59,830 bases of DNA from positions 1 through 59,830 of the IMG/VR virus record IMGVR_UViG_3300000351_000079; one strand, written 5' to 3'. Positions 49,462 through 58,852 of this stretch are shown piece after piece. A model generated the notes under the pieces. That model was not told the DNA's origin, did no database searches, and was given only the letters and a program-made list of their open reading frames with translations. The number at the start of each line of letters is the position of its first letter. Position 1 is the stretch's first letter. The DNA is from a virus. Taxonomy: Duplodnaviria; Caudoviricetes. The position numbers and the translations under genes are program-made.

Positions 49462-49713
49462 ATGGATTTAAGGATGTATTTGGTAAGTGCTAGACAGAAT
49501 AAAGGTTATTCTCAAAGAAGAACTGCAAGGGAATCTGGAGTATCTTATCAACACTATGCGAAAATTGAAAATGGTGATCGTGGACGAAAAGTATCATTCC
49601 TAATCATAGGAAGAATTGCAGCAGTATTAGACATTTCTCTTGATGATCTATATCAATTGGAAAAAGCATATCTAGAAGAAATCGAACTAAAAAATGAATC
49701 AAAACCGTATTGA
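49462..49713 (+). CDS. Cro-like XRE regulator
   Basis: HYAKIENGDRG; homologue of 4791-5087. Confidence 0.82.
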   Translation: MDLRMYLVSARQNKGYSQRRTARESGVSYQHYAKIENGDRGRKVSFLIIGRIAAVLDISLDDLYQLEKAYLEEIELKNESKPY

Positions 49714-50623
49714 TTTTAAGAGATTGATAGAAGCCTATATTCAAAGCCTGGATAGAAAAGAGATAACCAAACAATCATATTTGAAGATCTTATTAACATT
49801 TAATGAGTACTTAATAGCAAATTCAATTTTATCGCCAAATAAAAAGGATATCTTATGCTATAAAGAGTACTTATCTAAAAAAGTTAGATCTGCTTCAATT
49901 CAAAAAACAATTGTTGTGCTAAGAGGTTTCTTTACCTATCTTGATTCAGAGGACACATATAGAAATGTTATGACAGGTGTAAGAGGAGTTAAAATAGAAC
50001 CAACCTTTAAACGAGCATCACTAACTCTATTAGAAATGTTAAATTTGCTAGATAAAGCAGAAGAGTTATCTAATACAATTGAGGGCAAAAGAAACTATGC
50101 AATAATCGCTTTACTTGCAACTACGGGTCTAAGAACAATTGAAGTGGAAAGAGCTAATGTGAGCGATTTAGTAGCCGTTAGTGATGGATATAAACTCTAT
50201 ATTCAAGGTAAGGGTCATGATGATAAAGATTTATATGTCAAGATATCAGATGACGTTTATCAAATCATTATGGAGTATCTTTTATTAAGAGAAGATTCAT
50301 TTGAAGCATTATTCATCACTCATGGTCGCAATAATCATGGGAAGAGAATTCAAACAAGAACGATAAGAGGTATTGTCAAAGAAATCCTAAGAAGAACTGG
50401 TATAGATGACAAAAGATATACCGCCCATAGCTTAAGACATTCTTTGGCAACAAACTTAATCCTTCATGGAAATGGTTCGCTGGAAGAAGCAAAACAAATT
50501 TTAAGACATAAAGACATCGCAACAACACAGATATATAATCATTCATTAGCTAGGTCCCAAAATGATGGAGAACTCAAAATGAGCAAGTTACTGTTTGATA
50601 GAAAGGGTAAAAAGTATGAATGA
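49694..50623 (+). CDS. tyrosine recombinase
   Basis: TGLR, QGKG, HSLRH, ILRH, TTQIY; homologue of 5101-6000. Confidence 0.9.
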   Translation: MNQNRIDFKRLIEAYIQSLDRKEITKQSYLKILLTFNEYLIANSILSPNKKDILCYKEYLSKKVRSASIQKTIVVLRGFFTYLDSEDTYRNVMTGVRGVKIEPTFKRASLTLLEMLNLLDKAEELSNTIEGKRNYAIIALLATTGLRTIEVERANVSDLVAVSDGYKLYIQGKGHDDKDLYVKISDDVYQIIMEYLLLREDSFEALFITHGRNNHGKRIQTRTIRGIVKEILRRTGIDDKRYTAHSLRHSLATNLILHGNGSLEEAKQILRHKDIATTQIYNHSLARSQNDGELKMSKLLFDRKGKKYE

Positions 50624-50810
50624 TAAAGTGGTATTATATGATATCAATGATCTTATTGAGATTCTAAAAGTTACTCGAGTAACAATCATCAGGTATATCA
50701 ATCAAAAAAAGATAAGAGCATTCAAGGTTGGCCAAGGATGGAGAGTGACCAAAGAAGCTCTCGAAGAATTTATCAAGATAAGCGAAAAGAATCATGGCTG
50801 GAAAACCTAA
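50616..50810 (+). CDS. excisionase-like HTH_17 protein
   Basis: YDINDLIEILKV...KVGQGWRV; ATG 50616. Confidence 0.8.
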   Translation: MNDKVVLYDINDLIEILKVTRVTIIRYINQKKIRAFKVGQGWRVTKEALEEFIKISEKNHGWKT

Positions 50811-51684
50811 ACTAGGACTTGAATACTTTTCTGTTGATGTTGATATGACAAGAAATATGAAAATTAAAAGGTTGATGAGAGCATTTGGGACTGAAGGGTA
50901 TGCAGCCTTTATGTTCCTTGTTTCATGGATTTATGAAAAAGGTCAGTTCTGGCGGTATGATAATCTAGATGATGTGCTGTTTGGATTATCAGAAGCCATT
51001 CATGTAGAGGAAGATAAAGCATTATCCATTATTAACTATCTTCTAGATGTTGGGTTGCTAGATAGAAAATCCTTTGATCAAGGATATCTCACATCCAAAG
51101 CTATTCAAGAAAGATATTATTATGCAACGAAAAGAAGAAAAGTTCGCATTCTAGAAGAATGCTGTCTGTTATCGGAAGAAGAAATGAAACACATTGATAG
51201 TAAGACCGATTACCAAAATAACATCTCTGTTAGCAAAGATGTTATTCATGCAAGCAAAGATGAGGTTTCTGTATTCAAAGATAGACAAAGTAATAGTCAT
51301 AATAAAAGTAATAGTAAAAAAGATAAAGGAATGATAAATCATGATATTGGATCTGTCGATCCTAATACTATCCCATTTAAAATAAATTATTATCTTCAAG
51401 TCTTAATAAATAATGAAATCGTTTCTGGAACTGAAGACTGGATTACGGTATTAAATGACTTCTTGTATATGATAACTAAGAAGCATAATAAAGATGATGT
51501 TAGAAAGGCGATTTTTTATTCGATAAAAAGAATTAAGTTCAATCAATGGAAAGATGAACATGGATATGAAATTGCAAACAGAGAGCCTTATCTAGAAGAA
51601 ACAATTTCTAATAACATTGCATATAACGAGTCAACAATAGATAGAATCGAACGTATGAAAAATTTCAGTGCAGTGTTTTATTGA
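50794..51684 (+). CDS. DUF4373 replication initiator
   Basis: MAGKPKLGLEYFSVDV, LTSKAIQ; homologue of 7027-7881. Confidence 0.8.
   Translation: MAGKPKLGLEYFSVDVDMTRNMKIKRLMRAFGTEGYAAFMFLVSWIYEKGQFWRYDNLDDVLFGLSEAIHVEEDKALSIINYLLDVGLLDRKSFDQGYLTSKAIQERYYYATKRRKVRILEECCLLSEEEMKHIDSKTDYQNNISVSKDVIHASKDEVSVFKDRQSNSHNKSNSKKDKGMINHDIGSVDPNTIPFKINYYLQVLINNEIVSGTEDWITVLNDFLYMITKKHNKDDVRKAIFYSIKRIKFNQWKDEHGYEIANREPYLEETISNNIAYNESTIDRIERMKNFSAVFY
51232..51326 (+). repeat. putative origin of element 2: 21-bp-period iterons
   Basis: CAAAGAT at 51234, 51255, 51276 followed by AAAGTAATAG repeats. Confidence 0.55.
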
Positions 51685-51730
51685 CGATATGTTTGAATGT
51701 TTAAGTTGGATTATATAGAATTTAAATAAT

Positions 51731-51792
51731 TGCAACGGAATTTCTTATTCGATTAGAAAAACCGTTGCATTTTGTGTTTTATATGCTATACT
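51731..51792 (+). promoter_or_regulatory. abiE promoter with inverted-repeat operator
   Basis: TGCAACGG..TTTCT / AGAAA..CCGTTGCA overlapping -35 TTGCAT; extended -10 TGCTATACT. Confidence 0.7.
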
Positions 51793-51819
51793 ATATATGA
51801 AAAGAAGTGTGGTGATGAT

Positions 51820-52482
51820 ATGAAAAGTCCAAAGAAAAAAGATATAATTCTAGAATACATAAAAAAAAACTATGATAACAAAACACCTATATTTGTAAAT
51901 GATATCTATAAAGAATTCACTGAAATTAGTGAAGGTACGATTAGATCCTTATTTAAACGTTTTAGTGATGCTGATGTTTTAGAAAAAGTGGATAATGGTG
52001 TATACGCTTTACCTAATAAGGAGAGCGTTTTAGGCAAAGCTACTGTTTATGTTTCAAATGTTATTGAAAATAAATATATTCGAAATGAAAAAGGGCAGAG
52101 AATAGGATACATCAGTGGCATAAACTTTTCGAATCAAATAGGACTTACATCACAAACCGCAAGTGTTAATACAATCTATTCAAATAATGTATCAAATAAG
52201 AAAAGAATGACAACACTAAAAAACAGTAGACTGATAATTAATGCACCAAGAGTTAAAGTTACTGATGAAAACTATAAATTGCTTCAGATATTAGACTTGT
52301 TAAATGAATTTGAAAAACTTAGTGAACAAGATTTAAAAACGGCCTCAAACAAAATACTAGAGTTTTTAGAGAAAATAAAATTAACAAAGGAAGAAGTAGA
52401 ATTAATTGTATCTAAATATCCATTAGAGGCACAAGTGAAATTCTATAAAATAGGGGGAGCAAATGCTATTACATCAACATAA
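51820..52482 (+). CDS. AbiEi-like antitoxin (DUF6088-like)
   Basis: wHTH with GVY motif, GYISG...NQIGLTSQ; start moved to ATG 51820. Confidence 0.78.
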   Translation: MKSPKKKDIILEYIKKNYDNKTPIFVNDIYKEFTEISEGTIRSLFKRFSDADVLEKVDNGVYALPNKESVLGKATVYVSNVIENKYIRNEKGQRIGYISGINFSNQIGLTSQTASVNTIYSNNVSNKKRMTTLKNSRLIINAPRVKVTDENYKLLQILDLLNEFEKLSEQDLKTASNKILEFLEKIKLTKEEVELIVSKYPLEAQVKFYKIGGANAITST

Positions 52483-53407
52483 AGAAGAATTTGAACAAAT
52501 TGTACAAGCGACTGCTGATGATTTGGGGTTAGGTAATTTTCAAGTTGAAAAAGACTACTATGTATCATTGTTTTTAAAAGAACTACAAAAAATAGATAAT
52601 GATATCCAAATTGTTTTTAAAGGCGGGACATCTCTTTCAAAATGTTATGATATAATTGATCGATTTTCAGAAGATATTGATTTGTCGGTTAAATTTAACA
52701 CAGATAAAATCACAACATCAGAAAGAAGAAAACTTAAAACAAGTATTACTAAAATTATTGAATTATTAGGCATGAACTTCATCAACCCTGAAGAAGTAAG
52801 ATCAAAAAGAGACCATAACCAATACAATGTAGGATATGATCATATATTTCAGCCTGATGAAAACACGGTACCGCACATTATAGTTGAAACAATTGTCGTA
52901 TATAGACCGTATCCTATAAAAGAAATGGAAATAAGTAATTACATTACTAAGTATTTGAAGAAAAATAATAGAGCTGACTTAATTGAGAAATATGAATTGT
53001 CTCCATTTGTAATGCCAATACAAACAATGGAAAGAACATTTATTGATAAACTTTTTGCTATATGTGATTACCATTTACAAAAAGAGTATAATCGTTACTC
53101 AAGACACATTTACGATATACATATGATTTGGAACAGTGGAAAACTAGATGAAGACATCATGAGAAAAATAGTTCTGGATGTTATTAAAGATCGACAACTA
53201 TTTGGCAGGCGAAATTTATCCTGTCAATCAGGAGCTTCACCAAATGATGTATTGAAAGAGATAGTTGCACTAAAAGTATACGAAACAGATTATAATAATA
53301 TTACTGCAAAATTTATCTACAAACCTGTTGATTATAATGCTTGTATAGAGAGTTTAAAGAAAATTACTGATACAAAAATCATCCCCAATCTGATAAAAGA
53401 GTACTAG
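52463..53407 (+). CDS. AbiEii nucleotidyltransferase toxin
   Basis: VEKDYY, FKGGTSLSK, RFSEDID, RHIYD. Confidence 0.9.
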   Translation: MLLHQHKEEFEQIVQATADDLGLGNFQVEKDYYVSLFLKELQKIDNDIQIVFKGGTSLSKCYDIIDRFSEDIDLSVKFNTDKITTSERRKLKTSITKIIELLGMNFINPEEVRSKRDHNQYNVGYDHIFQPDENTVPHIIVETIVVYRPYPIKEMEISNYITKYLKKNNRADLIEKYELSPFVMPIQTMERTFIDKLFAICDYHLQKEYNRYSRHIYDIHMIWNSGKLDEDIMRKIVLDVIKDRQLFGRRNLSCQSGASPNDVLKEIVALKVYETDYNNITAKFIYKPVDYNACIESLKKITDTKIIPNLIKEY

Positions 53408-53564
53408 AGAATGGTTGGCTACTTCAGTAGATTGTTTTTTCTAAATATTTATTACCGATAATCTATGTTAATGGACATGTGAGTAATGCAATTTCAATTA
53501 ACACTAGTGCAATAATGATATTTTCAATGTCAATTACATATCAAAATAATTCAAGTAAAACGTC

Positions 53565-53600
53565 GCCACTGGTTGCCTATGCAAACAGTGGTTTCTTTTT
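53565..53600 (+). terminator. terminator-like hairpin upstream of the HTH gene
   Basis: GCCACTG-GTTGC-CTAT-GCAAA-CAGTGGT then TTCTTTTT. Confidence 0.6.
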
Positions 53601-53659
53601 GTATAATGGATAGGTGAACAAAGGGTGAGCGATTTACCCTCTCAAAGGAGAAATGATTT

Positions 53660-54157
53660 TTGGCTAAAGTTTTAGACTCATTTGAAAGATGGGAAAATCA
53701 AGGACTATTAAAGAATAAATTAAAAATAATAGAAGAACTAGTGGCAAAGAATGTAACACAGGAAAAGATTGCCAAAGTCATTGGGATATCTGAAAAGACA
53801 CTGCAAAAATTAAAAAATAAGCATGTTGAATTTGCTCGTGCATTCTCTAGAGGTCAGTTAGATCTTAAAGATAACCTTATAGGAGCAATCTATAAAAAAG
53901 CTATGGGATTTGAACATGAAGACATTCAAACGCAAATGGAAGATCATAATGGAAAGCCTAAAAAGAAAATTGTTAAAACAATGAAGTATTATCCACCTGA
54001 TCTAAATGCTGCAAAATATCTTCTAATTATCAAGTTTGGTAGATCTTTTAATGAGAAAAAAGATGAACTTGATCTAATGGAAAGAAGAATTGATGAAAAA
54101 GAAAATGAGTGGACCAACGAACAAAATTTCTATAAGGAGGTAAATCATGAAGTTTGA
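53660..54157 (+). CDS. HTH terminase-small-like protein, homologue of 14222-14716
   Basis: IAKVIGISEKTL, KKAMGFE, PDLNAAKYLLIIKFGR. Confidence 0.7.
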   Translation: MAKVLDSFERWENQGLLKNKLKIIEELVAKNVTQEKIAKVIGISEKTLQKLKNKHVEFARAFSRGQLDLKDNLIGAIYKKAMGFEHEDIQTQMEDHNGKPKKKIVKTMKYYPPDLNAAKYLLIIKFGRSFNEKKDELDLMERRIDEKENEWTNEQNFYKEVNHEV

Positions 54158-54533
54158 CTTAAATGATTTGTTTAATGAGAATATTCCTTTATATCATAGA
54201 ACAATGATTAGTGATTGTTCTTCAAATGAGTATATATTTGGCAAACTTATTGGGAAGTTAAAAGAAAACTTCAAGGATTACCAACAATCTGAAATCATAT
54301 ATATAACCTATCGAAAAGAAATGTTTAATTATCTTGTTATGATATATCACTTTGATGATGTGGAAATTACATTAACCCCTATTGAAATCAAGGTTTTTAA
54401 AGCATGGGACCAAATGAAAGACTATATTAGAAGTATTCAAGTGCATATCGATGATAATTCATATCAAATAGAAAGAAAACATGCGGGTGTTTCAGATGCT
54501 TTTGATTATAATGTATTTGACTCCGATAGATAA
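54147..54533 (+). CDS. hypothetical protein
   Basis: AAGGAGGT RBS; overlaps the upstream gene. Confidence 0.65.
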   Translation: MKFDLNDLFNENIPLYHRTMISDCSSNEYIFGKLIGKLKENFKDYQQSEIIYITYRKEMFNYLVMIYHFDDVEITLTPIEIKVFKAWDQMKDYIRSIQVHIDDNSYQIERKHAGVSDAFDYNVFDSDR

Positions 54534-54553
54534 TTAGCAATTTAGAAATATAT

Positions 54554-54597
54554 AAAACGTCACATAAAGTCTTAAATTCGACTTGTGTGACGTTTTT
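54554..54597 (+). terminator. terminator before the element 2 cos copy
   Basis: AAAACGTCACAT-AAAGTC...GACTT-GTGTGACGTTTTT. Confidence 0.7.
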
Positions 54598-54670
54598 ATT
54601 GTGTAATAGAATAGAATAATCACCTTGCTCACAATTCATTAATAATCGTATATAAAATCATCTTAATGAT

Positions 54671-54753
54671 ACCCCCCCATTGAATGTAATTCTCGAGTAC
54701 AGGGTACCGCGTAGGGGGACCTTTAAAATACGGAAGATACATTTTTTGAAAAA
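54671..54753 (+). other. copy of the putative cos site in element 2
   Basis: AGGGTACCGCGTAGGGGGAC identical to 19908-19927; upstream CCCATTG and ATTTTTTGAAAA 20 bp downstream also conserved. Confidence 0.8.
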
Positions 54754-54872
54754 GGCTAATTGCATAAACAAAAAATATTGGCAAACATCAAGGAAATATA
54801 CGGTTTAATGTATAAAATATAGGACAAAAATGTTATAATTTAGAAAACAAGTGTTTAACAGGCGGTGATGGG

Positions 54873-57800
54873 ATGTCGATCGTACTTGATACAAATAAGC
54901 ACGGTTCAGTTGGGGAGTATGTTAAAGACAACACTTTGAGAAAAGCAAACATCGATATTGCTTCCTCCATTTTTACAATTTATGCATATGATGAACTGAA
55001 AAAAGTATTAGACGATACTAGCAAATTTAGGTTCCTTTTTAATGAACCTACTTTTATTGAGAAATTAGAGTCAAATCAAAAAGAAGTAAAAGAGTTTCAG
55101 TTACAGATGTTGAAAAGAGAAAGGAATGTTTCTGAATATTTCTTGGAGATAGGATTGAAAAATAATTTAGACCAAAATCAAGTAGCAAATCAATGCTATC
55201 AGTTCATTCAATCTAAAGCTGAAGTCAAATCAGTTCTTAAATCGGGCACTATAACATCAAGCAACATCTATGTTAAAAATAGAAATGAAAAAGATTTTGT
55301 TATATCAGGAAATGGTATAAACTTTTCTTTAGATGGATTAGGGTATTCAAACCGAACAAGATGGGATTTTAACACTGTTTTAACAGAAAAGAATGTCATA
55401 AATGACTTTGAATCCTTTTTTAATTCAATTTGGAACAATCCTAACTTAGTTGTTGATGTTAAAGAGACTCTACTAGAACATATTACAAATTTATATAAAG
55501 AAAACGCACCAGAATTGGTGTATTTTGTTACGTTATATCATTTGTTCAATGAAAAACTAACAAATATGGATGACATGGCAAAAATTAAAGAAAAGACAGG
55601 TATTCACAATACAAAAATTTGGCAGATGCTTTATAATTTCCAACAAGATGCTGCAGTAGGAGCTATCAAGAAATTAGAGTTATATAATGGTTGTATTATA
55701 GCTGATTCTGTTGGGTTAGGGAAAACATTTGAGGCACTTGCTGTCATGAAGTATTATGAGCTTAGAAATGCTAGAGTTCTAGTTTTAGCGCCTAAGAAAC
55801 TTAGAGGTAACTGGACAGGATTTAAACAAAACTCTATTACTAATCCTTTAGTTGATGATAGATTTAACTATGATGTGCTTAATCATACCGATTTATCAAG
55901 AGATTTTGGAACTTCTGGAGAAATAAATTTATCTAAAATAAATTGGGGCAATTATGATTTAGTTGTTATAGAAGAATCGCATAATTTTAGGAATAATCCT
56001 GCCTTAAAAGGCAAAAAAACCAGATACCAAAAGTTAATGGAAGATATCATTAAAAGTGGTATTAAAACAAAGGTACTTATGCTATCTGCTACTCCAGTAA
56101 ATAATAGATTAGCGGATCTTAAGAATCAAATCATGTTTATCACTGAAGATAAAGATGATGCATTTAATGATAATTTAAATATTGAAAGTATTGAAAACAC
56201 GCTGAGAATTGCACAATATCGCTTTGGTGAATGGTCTAAACTTCCTAAAGAAGAACAAATTATAGAAAATCTATTACCAATGTTAGATTACAGTTTTTTC
56301 AATCTTTTAAATACTGTGACAATCGCAAGAAGCAGAAAACACATTCAAAAATACTATGATACGAAAGATATTGGAGAATTTCCGAATAGATTAAAGCCAA
56401 TATCAGTCAAAACCGATATAGATGTAAAGAATCAATTTCCAGAACTTAATGAAATTAATGGATTAATCGCGAAACTTAATTTACCTGTTTATTCTCCATT
56501 ACTATATGTTATGCCATCAAAGATGGATGAGTATGAAAAACTCTATGAACAAATTGTAAAAGGTGGTCAGGGTAGTTTTAAACAATCAGATCGAGAGCGA
56601 AACCTTGTAAATTTAATGCGTGTGAATATTTTAAAGCGTTTAGAAAGTAGTATTCATTCCTTTAAACTAACTGTGGAACGCATTAAAGATAAAATGGATG
56701 CCATGCTTTCTAAAATAGAACAGGGATTAGATTATCAAGTAGATCTAGAAGAAGAAATTGATGATGATGAAGTTGATGATTTAGAATTAGGAACAAAAGT
56801 TAAAGTAAAACTCAAAGATTTAGATTTGATTCGATTGAAAGCGGATTTAAAAGAAGATCAAGCAGCTTTAGAGTATCTTCTTCAAGTAACTTCAAAAGTA
56901 AGTGTTGAGGAGGATGCAAAACTCATCCAACTCAAAAAACAAATAACTGATAAAATCAAACAGCCACTTAATGTTGGAAATAAGAAGGTTATTATTTTTA
57001 CTGCTTTTGCGGATACAGCAGCATACTTACATGATAATTTATCAGATTGGCTTTATACAACTTTTGGAATTTATACCGGGATCGTAACTGGTTCTCAAGT
57101 AACCAAATCAAATGTTCCAAAAGCTCGAAATAATTTTGAAGAAATATTATCAATGTTTTCTCCTAAATCTAATAAAGCTACAGTTAAGCATCAAATCAAT
57201 GTATTAATCGCTACAGATTGTATTAGCGAGGGTCAAAACTTGCAAGACTGTGACTACTTAATTAACTATGATATCCATTGGAATCCAGTAAGAATCATAC
57301 AGCGTTTCGGTAGAATAGATAGAATTGGATCAGAAAATAAAGATATACAACTCGTTAACTTCTGGCCAAATCTTGACCTAGATGAGTATATCAATCTTGA
57401 GTCTAGAGTTAGAAACCGAATGACGATGGTTGATATTTCAGCTACTGGAGAAGATGACTTACTTAATCCTGAAAGCAAGAACTTAAAATATCGTAAAGAC
57501 CAATTAAAACAACTTCAAGATGAAGTCGTAGATTTAGAAGACTTATCTGGAGGAATTTCAATCACTGACTTAACATTAGATGATTTTATAATGTCACTTG
57601 ATAAGTATTTAAAATCACATCCAGGACTTTTAGAATCTTATCCTACGGGTATATACGCAGTGACAGATATTAATGAAAAGCTTAAAAACGATATCAGTTC
57701 TGGTGTTATTTTTTGTTTGAAACAAAAGAATTTTACAGAGAGTGAGAAAGGACAAAACTCACTTTATCCATATCACTTAGTATATGTTAAAGAAGATGGA

Positions 57801-58097
57801 ACCATAGAGATAAAAAATACGAACCCTAAAAAAATATTAGATATTTATAAAGCAATTACCAGTAATAAAAACGAAACGATTAAAAAATTAGTGAATGAGT
57901 TTAATCAAGAAACAAAAAATGGAAACAAAATGGATAAATATACAGGACTCCTTGAAAAAGCCATCTTTGATATAAAAGGGTATATTGAAGAAAAAGGGGT
58001 TAAATCATTATTTAGACTTGGAAAATCGACAATACTAGATAATAAAGTAACAGGTTTAGATGATTTTGAATTGATTACATTCTTGGTGATAAAATGA
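54873..58097 (+). CDS. SNF2-like SF2 helicase with degenerate PLD-like N-terminal domain
   Basis: ADSVGLGKT, IEESH, LSATP, SEGQNLQ, QRFGRIDR. Confidence 0.85.
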   Translation: MSIVLDTNKHGSVGEYVKDNTLRKANIDIASSIFTIYAYDELKKVLDDTSKFRFLFNEPTFIEKLESNQKEVKEFQLQMLKRERNVSEYFLEIGLKNNLDQNQVANQCYQFIQSKAEVKSVLKSGTITSSNIYVKNRNEKDFVISGNGINFSLDGLGYSNRTRWDFNTVLTEKNVINDFESFFNSIWNNPNLVVDVKETLLEHITNLYKENAPELVYFVTLYHLFNEKLTNMDDMAKIKEKTGIHNTKIWQMLYNFQQDAAVGAIKKLELYNGCIIADSVGLGKTFEALAVMKYYELRNARVLVLAPKKLRGNWTGFKQNSITNPLVDDRFNYDVLNHTDLSRDFGTSGEINLSKINWGNYDLVVIEESHNFRNNPALKGKKTRYQKLMEDIIKSGIKTKVLMLSATPVNNRLADLKNQIMFITEDKDDAFNDNLNIESIENTLRIAQYRFGEWSKLPKEEQIIENLLPMLDYSFFNLLNTVTIARSRKHIQKYYDTKDIGEFPNRLKPISVKTDIDVKNQFPELNEINGLIAKLNLPVYSPLLYVMPSKMDEYEKLYEQIVKGGQGSFKQSDRERNLVNLMRVNILKRLESSIHSFKLTVERIKDKMDAMLSKIEQGLDYQVDLEEEIDDDEVDDLELGTKVKVKLKDLDLIRLKADLKEDQAALEYLLQVTSKVSVEEDAKLIQLKKQITDKIKQPLNVGNKKVIIFTAFADTAAYLHDNLSDWLYTTFGIYTGIVTGSQVTKSNVPKARNNFEEILSMFSPKSNKATVKHQINVLIATDCISEGQNLQDCDYLINYDIHWNPVRIIQRFGRIDRIGSENKDIQLVNFWPNLDLDEYINLESRVRNRMTMVDISATGEDDLLNPESKNLKYRKDQLKQLQDEVVDLEDLSGGISITDLTLDDFIMSLDKYLKSHPGLLESYPTGIYAVTDINEKLKNDISSGVIFCLKQKNFTESEKGQNSLYPYHLVYVKEDGTIEIKNTNPKKILDIYKAITSNKNETIKKLVNEFNQETKNGNKMDKYTGLLEKAIFDIKGYIEEKGVKSLFRLGKSTILDNKVTGLDDFELITFLVIK

Positions 58098-58852
58098 GAA
58101 ATATTTTAGAGTATTTAAATATTCCTAAATCAGGAAAAACAAAACAAAGAATTGCACTCAAAGATATCATTGAACAATTAGACCCATCTGCTAAAGAAAA
58201 GAGGATTTTATCATCAGAAATTGAATCAATTTATCTTGTTGGTGTTCTTAATCTAGACACAATAAGAATTCAATCCTATATTGATGAAGATTATCGTTAT
58301 GAATCTATTTATGTGATTCGTGTCATGTTAAAATCAAACGTGCATTTTGCAACCATTAATGAGAGACTTCATATGGCATTCCCTAATCCAGTAATCATTG
58401 TATTTGAATGGGAAGAAAATATAGTGCTTTCAACTGCGCCAAAAAGAATTAATAAGAACGTTAGAGAAAAAAGTGTCATCGAATCAATATATACAACAAA
58501 TATATTTATAATCGATGGTAAACATAATTTTCTTTTGAAACACTTGAATCTTCAAACTGTCAAGGCTTTGAATCTTAAAGAACTTTATGAAACTCTAACT
58601 GATTATATATTTTCAGAAAGACTTATTGAATTGATTGGTGAATATCCTAAACAAATTCCAAACACCTCAGAGTTAAAACAGACAATTAAGTTGATAGAAT
58701 CTGAAAAATCTCATTTGAATGCATACAAAGAAAGTTACAAACAAGCATCAATGATGGCTGAAAAAATGGAATTACATATGAAGATCCAAAAGACACAAAA
58801 AAATATTGAAGACATCATTTTAAATTTAAAGGAGGCATTATTACATGAATAA
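58094..58852 (+). CDS. DUF4391-like protein
   Basis: LHMAFPNP, KRIN, C-terminal coiled coil; lies between helicase and mod. Confidence 0.65.
   Translation: MRNILEYLNIPKSGKTKQRIALKDIIEQLDPSAKEKRILSSEIESIYLVGVLNLDTIRIQSYIDEDYRYESIYVIRVMLKSNVHFATINERLHMAFPNPVIIVFEWEENIVLSTAPKRINKNVREKSVIESIYTTNIFIIDGKHNFLLKHLNLQTVKALNLKELYETLTDYIFSERLIELIGEYPKQIPNTSELKQTIKLIESEKSHLNAYKESYKQASMMAEKMELHMKIQKTQKNIEDIILNLKEALLHE

Noticed and set aside
44805-51684. Element 2 as a recent tandem duplication or assembly artefact of element 1
   Set aside because: Homologous proteins differ at many positions, the repressors and iterons are dissimilar, and gene content differs
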